In this document: one piece after another, positions 24,501 through 34,800 of the stretch
Layout: the number at the start of each line of letters is the position of its first letter
How positions within the stretch are numbered: position 1 is the stretch's first letter
Source: Hormiphora californensis
Lineage: Eukaryota; Animalia; Ctenophora
DNA length: 64,000 bases
Direction of reading: 5' to 3'
NCBI GenBank assembly: GCA_020137815.1
Contig: CM035355.1
Coordinates: forward strand, 7,502,001-7,566,000
Translations under genes and position numbers: made by a program
Notes under the pieces: model-generated
The model's input: only the letters and a program-made list of their open reading frames with translations
Databases searched by the model: none
What the model was told of the DNA's origin: nothing

Positions 24501-27500
24501 AAATAGGTTTTTATGGGCCAAATATGGCTCACCTCGATTTAGTGGCACCCCGATTTAGTGGCAGGATTTTTCCCCCCGAGGATGCCACTAAATCGGGGTC
24601 CGACTGTAGTTCTTATAATATCTGACTGGTAAACTGCTGCTAACCAGGTTTTCTTGTAGATTTTGAGGTTAAAAGCAGAAAAAGGAGGTGTGGTGGAGGA
24701 TTCAGCAAAACAAATTGAGGCGGAGAAGAAGAAAACACAGAAAAGGGGCGAGAAAATGAATGTGAAAATGACAGAGTTTAGGAAGGAACTGGATTTGGAA
24801 CGGGAGTTAAATAGTCAATTACAGGTAGCTATGAGTTTTTGTATTTTGACAATTTACAAGCTCCGCAGCTTTCCCTCGCAGTACTTTATCGCCCTCTCAC
24901 CCCATTAGGGTCTGAAGCCCCGTGCCTCATTTGTGGTAGGCGGACTCTAGTGCTAACGGACTCTATATCTAAACCCAAGGAGGACTCCATATATCTAACC
25001 CTAACCTTTACACTAACCCCTAAATTCGAACCCAAATAACGGTCCTAAGTTAGGAGTCACTCCTAACACTTCTAAATGAGTATAGAGGCACAGCAAACTC
25101 TCGTTTCCGGCCTAACGGCCGAAATCTCGAGTTCGCTTTTCGTGATTCTAGCACTAGATTCCGCTTACCCTCATTTGTACACTGGGCAGGTCGGTAGAAC
25201 TTCGACAGAATTTAGGGTAGGTCAATTTAGGGTAGGTCTGAATTTAGGGTAGGTCTGAATTTAGGGTAGGTCTGAATTTAGGGTAGGTCTGAATTTAGGG
25301 TAGGTCTGAATTTAAGGTAGGTCTGAATTTAGGGTAGGTCTGAATTTAGGGTAAGTCCGTAACGTATCGTTTATCAAATCATTGCAATTCGAGATTAGGT
25401 TCTGATTAGGTCGCTGAACCGCGTCCCGTATCTCGTATCAACTCATTGCAATTCGATATTAGTCACCAATTAGGTCGCTGAACCACGTCCCGTATCTCGT
25501 ATCAACTCATTGAAATTCGAGGTTAGACACAGATTAGGTCGCTGAAGCACGTCCCGTATCTCGTATCAACTCATTGCACTTCCATCTTAGTCACCGACAC
25601 TAAGTACTATGTACTTAAAGTAGTTGAACTGAGTTAGGTCGGTAGACTTTGTTCCGTATCGAATCAAATGAAATTAGGACTGTTTGACTGTTCACTGATT
25701 AGTTTATGCACGTAGACTTTAAGAGTTCCATCCTGAGTTGAAACCTGTTTAAGAAGAAAAAAATTCGTTTGCCATCTAATTTGTGTCTAACCTCGAATTG
25801 TAATGATTTGATACAAGATACGGGACGTGGTTCAGTGACCTAATCTGTGTCTAACCTCGAATTTCAATAATGTTGATACGAGATACGGGACGCTGTTCAG
25901 CGACCCAATCGGTGACTAAGATCGAATTGAAATGAGTTGATACGAGATATGGGACGTGTTTCAGGGACCTAATTTGTGTCTAACCTCGAATTTCAATGAG
26001 TTGACACGAGATACGGGACGTGGTTCAGCGACCTAATCGGTGGCTAAGATCGAATTGAAATGAGTTGATACGAGATACGGGACGCGGTTTAGCGACCTAA
26101 TCAGAACCTAATGTCGAATTGCAATGCTTTGATAAACGATACATTACGGACCTACCTTAAATTCAGACCTACCCTAAATTCAGACCTACCCTAAATTCAG
26201 ACCTACCCTAAATTCAGACCTACCCTAAATTCAGACCTACCCTAAATTCAGACCTACCCTAAATTGACCTAGGGTAAACCGGGGCAATTCGAACAACCGG
26301 GGCAATTCGAACATAGTACTGCCCGTCTCTCACCTAGTTAAGCTATCATAATGACGTCATCCTATCTCCAGAAGAAAACTGCTCGTTCGAGCCTGCCCGT
26401 TACCACTAAATAGGCTCTAGATCCGGTTTAAGTTGGTCAATTTCCGATTTGAAAAAACCAGCTGAAAGCTAATAATATCAGCTTTCAGATGGTATAAAAA
26501 TTATTTAAATATTCGCACGTTTTCATTCCAAATTCTGGTAAATTAAGATTACCGGGGCAATTCGAACAACCGGGGCAATTCGAACATGGGCAATTTGGTT
26601 AACACACCGGGGCAATTTGGTTAACTCCCGGGCCAATGATGTGCAGTTCTTTGTACCACGTGATCACGCGTGATACCGGGGCAATTCGAGCAAGAACGAC
26701 CAGCGTGTAGATTGCGTGTAGATTACATTGTTCGAATTGCCCCCACCTCTAACAACACCAGGCGGGAATCTTCTTCTGGTGTTGTGAGGACGTTCACGTG
26801 ACTCCCACGTGACGAAATAAAGCACTCCTATTGGTGATGCTCGAATTGCCCCGGTACCAATTTTTCCGACCAAAATTTTTCAATTAGTTATTTAGTTAAG
26901 TAAATGATGGTCCCTATAGTTGAAATTTATCTTATTTGAAAGATAAAATAATGAACTTTAATCCTATATAATTTTTTTCATTGTATCTTTTTTTAAATGG
27001 GAGTGAGAACCGATTAAGTAAAAAGTTAACCATTTTGCCCCGGTTTACCCTACCCTAAATTCTGTCGAAGTTCTACCGACCTGCCGTACACTGTCAGACA
27101 CTAACCCCCATCCTCTCCTAGGAAAACCAGGCAGCATTGCGAGTACAACTCTCAAAGTTGGAGGCAGGTCTAAAACAGAAGGAGGAGATACATGAGAGGG
27201 AGAAGGAATCCCTGCAAGAGCACATACAGGATCTGATGTTCCATATCCAGGTTCGAACAGGAGGGGTGTAACATTATCACGCCCTGCATCCCTTCTTTTC
27301 TTTTTCCTATTCCTTTACATGAGCTTAATAACTCAGGGCTGGTTTTGCATTTGTTTTTGCACCAACAACCACTTTCTTCCCCGTTCAGTCAAAAGAAGCG
27401 ATAGAGAACAGTCCGTATAAGGGAGAGATAGTGGATGGTCAACTGCAAACTGCATCGCCATCCTCCTCTCGAGCGGACCAGACACCAAAGAAAAGAGGCC

Positions 27501-27514
27501 ACAAGAAGAAATGA
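21545..27514 (+). CDS. BRAP: BRCA1-associated protein (BRAP2/IMP): RRM-like, RING, ZnF-UBP, coiled coil; about 10 exons
   Basis: [119 protein letters not shown]; stop at 27512-27514. Confidence 0.92.
23783..24606. mobile_element. Tc1/mariner (pogo-like) non-autonomous element, 824 bp
   Basis: Same TIRs as 4227-4398, TA TSD, internal inverted repeats. Confidence 0.85.
24935..25169. mobile_element. 235-bp MITE with GG termini and 9-bp TSD (Merlin- or Mutator-like)
   Basis: TIR GGTA[G/A]GCGGA[C/A]TCTAGTGCTA; TSD CTCATTTGT (24926-24934, 25170-25178). Confidence 0.8.
25185..27085. mobile_element. Merlin-like foldback element with subterminal 17-bp and about 60-bp tandem repeats
   Basis: TIR GGCAGGTCGGTAGAACTTCGACAGAATTTAGGGTAGG; 8-bp TSD GTACACTG (25177-25184, 27086-27093); mirrored (AATTTAGGGTAGGTCTG)n arrays. 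Confidence 0.8.
26272..27050. mobile_element. TA-TSD MITE nested in the right arm of the Merlin-like element
   Basis: TIR GGGTAAACCGGGGCAA; TA on both sides; removing it restores AAATTGACCTACCCTAAAT, the mirror of the left arm. Confidence 0.85.
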
Positions 27515-27549
27515 ATTGATGTATCACAAGGACTGAGAAGATAATGATA

Positions 27550-28223
27550 TATATACCCTGCTAACTTAAATAATGCGCCAGTGGCGAGAAGTCCCACTAG
27601 CGCGCTCTCAGTAAACAGCCAGTCCAGCGGCAGATTATTTCCCACTGGCAGGTTATTTATTTTTAATTCCTACGTAACATTCAAAGTGTGTGTAAATGAT
27701 CAGTTCTTACTAAAATACAGAGGGAACACTATGTGCAACACTTACACACTACATTGGAGAGAAAGAAAGGACACATTCCGTCAATTACTCTCTCTTTATC
27801 TCCCCTTTTGTCTCACTATCTCTTTCTCTGTGTTATTTGTGACATGCCCCTTATCAGGCTATTTCTTTCACTCTCTTTCCTTAGCAACTGCTTAGTAACT
27901 GTTACCAAACAGTGTACACTCAATTGTGACGTGTTTTTAACTATTTCTCAGTTCTCTTTGTGTGTTTTGATTAGTGTTCTCTCTCTTGTTGGTGTGTAAT
28001 ACTTGAAATAAACAACTAAAGCAGGGTATATAACCCATAAACTCTGACCACTGGCACGTTATAGGTTTAAACCCCTCCGCCTCTCCCTCGGCTCCGCCTC
28101 GGGATCGTCGTCGTGATTTAAACCAGTTTATCCGCCAGCGGCGGATAAACTCCAGCTAACTTCTCCCAGCGGCGCGCTGGGAGAAAGTTATCTGAAATAA
28201 CGCGCCAGTGGCCAGAGTTTATG
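27550..28223. repeat. Two adjacent related inverted-repeat units (unclassified non-autonomous DNA element)
   Basis: TATATACCCTGCT/AGCAGGGTATATA (27550-28032) and CATAAACTCTGACCACTGGCACGTTAT with its inverse (28036-28223); shared GCGCCAGTGGC motif. Confidence 0.5.
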
Positions 28224-28822
28224 CCTCATTTAAATTGATGTTGTTTTTTGTACGTAATATTCCAGTCACATTTTGCCCCAACCTTGAACAGCGAGTTGTC
28301 ATGTTGGTAGCGCGCGGTGTGATAAAATGTAGGTACCTTCGCGCGGGAGTAGGGAGATTTTCTGCGTTCCACTTTAACAGATGAATTCTTCTTGGCGTTA
28401 AGAGCAGTTCATCCTCTTTGAGATGATACAATAAATAAACAAGGTTTGATTGTCCGTTTAATCTAAGCCAATGTCCACAATCCACATGACTGACCAGCCG
28501 ATAGCCGGATATCCACACTCCGGGTCAATAGCGCGCGCTTTGGAGAACCCGCGCCAAAAGTAGGGGTGTTCTCGCCAGATGGAAGGAGATGCGCGTTACA
28601 TTCCTGTCACCAGAGAAACAGTGCCCTGTGGAACAAATTACAACATCGGCCTAAAAGGATCGGTGTGAATATACATCCGATTAATTGACCGGTATTGTAT
28701 TTAGCAAAACGCGTCTTTTTAAGTGGTTTTAAAATCTTAATCCACTTACAAAATTCACATCTCAATTTACAAACACAATTCAATATCTCTGAAATTAAAA
28801 ACACAAATCACAATCTAAGGAA

Positions 28823-31800
28823 TTAACCGATTGGCGAGAGTCTCATTTGATCTAGCGTAAACTCAGCGGCTTCTAGAGATCCTTCGACCCACCCCTGGAA
28901 CTCACTCCATGCCTCGTTACTGACAAACAAGTTGTGTTTGTCAAACGGTCGTGACAACTTCTTCCGTAGTTTTCTGAAAATGATGGAGATGGGTAAAATG
29001 AAAACCGACATCCCGATGATTTGCCATTTCCCGATTAACTATAGACAGATAAATTCCGGTTTTAATATCTTAACTAGACAGATAAAATCCGGTGTTAATC
29101 TCTCTCACCTATCGTCACACCCGGGTCTCCACTGGTGTATTGCCACGGGATTGGAAGGGCACTCATGGTCACATCCCCAGCAGGTATAACTAGTTAGCAG
29201 GGGCCAGGGGACATTGTCAACATTAAACAGCTCTCCAAGCTGGAATAGCGCCTCCTTGACAACCGCATTCGAAGCGGGTGTGAACTGGTTTTTGTACTGA
29301 GTCTGCGGGAGAATGGATGTTAATTATCATCTTTGATTGTGGTACTATAATAGATCACCTAGCTACAAAAAAAACATAAACATTTGAAAAACTAAAGATC
29401 ATAATGTGGAACAACACTGAAGACCAAGAACCGACCGAATCAGGAAATACTGGTCCCTAATTGGCTGATAACCAGTCACGTGACCTACATAACGAGTTCT
29501 GATTGGTTGTTTACTTGTTTCGGTCGTTTCCTGCTGAAGACATACCTGAAGTTTAGAAGAGAAAAGAACAGAGATAGACTGAAGTTGCGACCAAAATGCA
29601 CTATTACTCTTGTCGCAGTAGATTGTCAGGGCCGCAGTGGCAGGGAGGGATGTCCGAGTATTGGGCGTGCTGTACCAGGGGTAAACCATTGATAATGGGA
29701 GGGAGGTGATATTGTTGCCGTAGAGTATCTTGCCCGGGATTGGAGCTAGATGGGGGAGTTGTTATAGGGTGGAGTATTGTTTAGTTTTCATTTCTCTCAC
29801 TCTCTCGCTGTCACTGTCACTGGCATGCACTGTGGCTGTCATGCACTCTCACTCTCACTCTCTATTTCTCTCTCCATCTCTCTCACTCACAGTAATCATT
29901 CCACCAAGCCCGATTGAAGTACAGGTTGATCTTGGTCATGTTGACATCGGTAACAGAGTTGTAACGGGCCTTCAACTTTTCCAATTCTGGAAATGGCACA
30001 TCCTGAAATTAAAGTTGGGTTTTAATACATAGAAAAACCTATCAGGGGGAGGCTAAGTGACCTAAAATAAATTATCTAATTGAGAGAAAATTTGAGAAAT
30101 TTTAGGTAGAAGCATTCGGAGCCAGCGGAGGATGAGGTTCCTTGTTTCGCCTGCTTTCATCAGGTATTTCGCCTAGCTTGTATTTATTTTCTTTTGGTTC
30201 TGTTTTACCGCTCATGGTAAGGTTTTTATTGGCATTTTATAGCATTTTTTCGAGTGAAGCACGAGTGGAAATGATATTTACAGACATTTTCTACCATCTA
30301 ATGTGGACGTTTTTCCATCTATATCAGTCTGTTATCTCATCTGGACAGTTATGTGAGCCGAGAGTGTTTAAATCAGTTTAATTCAGTGTTTTGGGTCTAC
30401 CATTTTTTGATATACGTCTTTAAGTAACCGCTCAGATCGCCTCTCAGTGTCAGTGTCAGTTCTACTACACTGGCCCTGTGAGGTAAGGGCGGCATATAAA
30501 TAATAATAATAATATTCAAACTTATATCCTGCCCATATTCTACAGGGACAGCAGAGCTTTACAGATGCTGTCACTGGAGGAAACTCAGAGCAGTTAACTA
30601 ACTCTTAACCCAAAAATAGAGACTCAAACAAAAAAACGGTGGAAAAATCCAAATTATCCGGCTCACATAAGTGGAAAACAGATTAGGCTCATAACAGACC
30701 AAAATAGAAAAAACTCGGAAAAAGGCCACAGGATATATGTCACCACTGTCACTTCATCACTCCAAATATAGACACAGATCAAATGTTCAGACAACAGATT
30801 CTGAACAACTGGATAACTGAAAATCGGAATAAAATTACACACTCGTGCTTCACTCATGCTGCAAACCCATCGAATAAAGATCAGTTAAAAACTTGTCACG
30901 AGGTAAGATACAGACCTAAGTACAATACTTACGCTAGACAGTACAGCGGGATGGGAGGAGTAGGTACCGAGAAAAGATGAAGGCTGGAAAAAGGAAAAAC
31001 AACCGAAACTAGCCTGATCCAAAGGCATCCACAAACAATCTTGTCTTTAACCCCGTTTTGAAAGATTCCACAGCAGGCCGAGATCGCAACTCAAGGGGGA
31101 GTGCATTCCACAGATCTGGCAGGAGAACAGATGGTCTCCTTTTCCTCAGTTTAGAATTTGCATTAATGCTCGACAGCTTCGGGTACTGGAGCTTATAAGG
31201 GTCTGGAACAGCAGTCGATCTGGTACGGCAAGTAACATCAACGATATCTGTAGGTATTTGCTCAATGAGGTAATCTGGAGCACTTCCATGTACAATCTTA
31301 TAGGCCATGAGACAGGCCTTAAAGATCACCCGTTGCTCCACAGGGAGAATGTGGGTTTCTCTCATGTAAGGGAGGTAGTCCTCTTGATGACCGTGGAGTC
31401 CATAGATAAACCTTATACAAGAGTTGAGCACTTTCTGTAACCGAGAGATGAGCTTCATTGGCAAACCTCCGTAGAGGACATTGCAGTAATCCAAGCGGGA
31501 TATAACCAGCTGCTTAACAAGAAGGATTCTGGTAGAGAAGTCCAGGCATCGGTGGACTTGCCATAAATTCCTCAGTAGCATTCCACAGTTTCTTCTGACA
31601 CTGTTCACCTGACGTTCCAATGTCAGGTTCTCATCCATATAAATACCCAGAGTCTTTCCGGTAGTACCTGTGAAGTCAACTGGGTAGATATCTGCATCCC
31701 CAAACCTAATACAGGGCTCAAAAGCCAGCTTGTCAATGGCACTGCTCTTCCCTAGAAGAAGGAGCTCCGTCTTCGACTCATTACACTTCAGCCAATGCTG

Positions 31801-34800
31801 AACCATCCAAGTCTTGATCTGATCAAGACACTCTTCAACTTTCCTCCTCGTGATACTCCATCCACTTTCATCAAGAGGGACTAGACTCACATAGATTTGA
31901 GAGTCATCCGCATAGAGTTTGATTTTGAGTCCATACTTGTGTACCAGATCCTGTAGTTCCTCAACATATAAAAGAAACAAAACCGGTCCGAGAAGGGACC
32001 CTTGTGGCACTCCACAAATCAAGTAGATAATCTTCGATAGTTCTCCTCTAACGTTGACTCTGAAGTTCCTCAGTCCAAGATAGCTAGTAAACCACTTGAG
32101 TGCTGTTCCTCTTATTCCAAATCTCCTTCTCAAAACATCCACAAGTTTAGCATGGTCAACCGTGTCGAACGCTGCACTCATGTCCAAAAGGAGTAGAGCT
32201 ACAACATTTCCCTTATCCATCTCCTGCAGTAGATCATCAAACATCCCCATGAGTAGAGTTTCACAGGAATGACCAACTCTATATCCTGACTGGTGAGAGT
32301 TGAGTAGGTCATTTTCATTCAGAGCCTGATTCAGTTGATCAAGGACAACTTTCTCTAGAACCTTAGAGACAAAGGGAAGGTTAGACACAGGACGGTAGTT
32401 GGAAAGGCTATCACGATCACCATAGGGGTTCTTGATGGTTGGAAAAACCAGTGCTTGCTGGAACAATTCTGGAACAATACCTTGACGGATAGAAGAATTG
32501 ATAATCTTAGTAAAGAGTGGAGCAAAAACTTCCACGCACTCTTTGATCAACCATGTCGGTATAAGATCAAGATCACACGTTTTATCCGACATATTCTTAA
32601 TGATCCTCTTCATCTCATCCTCAGAGACTTCCCTGAATTCCTCAAGAATACAATCCTTATCCAGGTCCACAAGAGAGTCCACATCCTCCGCAGGAAAGTC
32701 CACATCTGCCTTCACTGAGTTCCTGATTTTTTCCACTTTTCCAGTAAAGAAGTCCGCAAAATCCTCGGCCAGTTTACGATCACAATCCACATCCGGCAAC
32801 AACACCTCACTGTTTCCAAGTAGTCGATTTAGTTTCCTCTGTAACGCTTTGGAATCCCCTTTTGATTCTTCAAGATCTTCTTTCAGATAGTTAGTCCTCG
32901 CTTCCTTATCAACTCTACTAAACATCTTCTTCATCACGTTATACTGCATCTTCGTAACAGGCGTCTTCTTGCTTCTCCAAGTCCTCTCCGCAGTCCGACG
33001 TCTTCTTAGCGCATCCCTGACATCATCATTGTCTCTCCACGGGCGAACCTTTTTCACTTTCTTTCTTCTCTTCAAAGGGACAAAACTATCTACTAACTCC
33101 TTCAGTTCTCTTTCATAGATCTCAAACAAATCATCTGGGGAATCCAAATCAAACCGTCCTTCAAGGCCACTTCCTCTGAGGGCCTTCATGAACAATACCG
33201 GGTCCACTGATTTAAAGTCTCTGTAGGTGTTAACTCGATCCCGTTGCTGTAGGTTTCCAACCTTAGTCTCCAGTACGACTTCACTCAGAACAAGAAAATG
33301 GTCAGACTCTGTTCCCTCAGGATGTATTTCCACAGATTTAACTTTCTCCTCTACCTCCTTTGGACATATAACCAGGTCAAGAGTGCCTCCACGGTTGTGT
33401 GTTGGTTGCCTGGGGACAAGCTGAGAAAACTCATGTGAGTCCAGGAGTTCAGCAAGCTTCTTAGTGTAGAAGTTGTCCCTATCCTGCCATTGAAAGTTAA
33501 AGTCTCCCATAATAAGGGGAAGACCAGTCTTCAATACTAGCTCTGAGAGATAGTCTGTGAATTCCTCTAGGAACTTCGCTTCAGTGAACCTAGCTTTACC
33601 GGTATAGGGCGGTCTGTAAACATTACATATCCGAGTAAGGTCCATTCCATTACCAATTAAAATCTCCTGAATCTGGAACGATTTAAATTTCCTCACTGGT
33701 GGTAGTTTCATCTTAACTCCATCCCTGTAGAGTATCCCAATACCGCCTCCTGCCCTCTCCGCCCTAGGGGATGAGAAAATATTCCAGCCATAGTCTCTTA
33801 TCTCCTGAAGTTTCGCGGTATCACTAGTCTTCAAGTAGGTTTCCTGAATCAGACAGATATCACATTCCATGTCTTCAAGATGCGCTATAACCCCAGACGT
33901 TTTATTCATTATCGAGTGCACATTTAGTGTGCCAACACGCCACGTCTCTTTACCTTCAGTTCCTCCCACGCCCTCGTCAGATAAGCGTTTTTTCTCTCCT
34001 TACTGACACCACTTGTGTTTTCCATCAGTCTTCCTCGAGCATTAACATAATGCGGACACAAGTTACTTGATGCTGGATGGGATTTCGCATACTTCTTGTC
34101 ATCCTTACTACCTCCAACATCACAGTTTACACACTTCATCCGATTGAGTTCATTCCCACTCTTCGCCCTACATTGTCTGGTGTCATGATCTCCTGCACAG
34201 AAGGCACAGGTGGCGCTTTTATCTTTACTCGGACAATAGACAGATCCAGCTACGTGTCCATAACGCTGGCAGTGGAAACACTGAGTAACGTAGAATCTGT
34301 CCTTCACAATGTGCTGTCTTAACTTCAGGAAAATCCTATCTCGATTATCAGCAATGGCTTCTCGTATATCAGGTGTAACCTTGAGCACCGCATACCTCCC
34401 AGCAGTGTTAACATGAATGACACTGACAGCTTGCCCAGACTCATATAGCCTCTTCACCACTTCATTCTTATCACTCAAGATGGCGTCCAATAGCACCTCT
34501 TTGTTCAACAGGTCATGGTCCAGATCGGAAATCAATACCCGAGGATCCATCTTCTTCTGCTTCTCAACAAACGGAGTAACATTCAGAAACGGGGACAGCA
34601 CTTTCTCTGCTTCTTTGAGGTCGTCATCAGTTGCAAAAAACAACTGAGTGCCCTTCCTGTTCACCGAAGTGTCCAAGACGGGGATGTTCTTCAGAGCTTT
34701 CACGACCTTCGGTTTCACTACCATTTTCCACTTCTCCTCACACATTGGTGTCACTCCTTCCTCATTGCTGTCTTTGATGCTCATATACCGTTTCACAGGG

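Noticed and set aside
25210-26270. CRISPR-like or telomeric array
   Set aside because: No unique spacers; these are mirrored subterminal repeats of a TIR element with a TSD in a eukaryotic intron.
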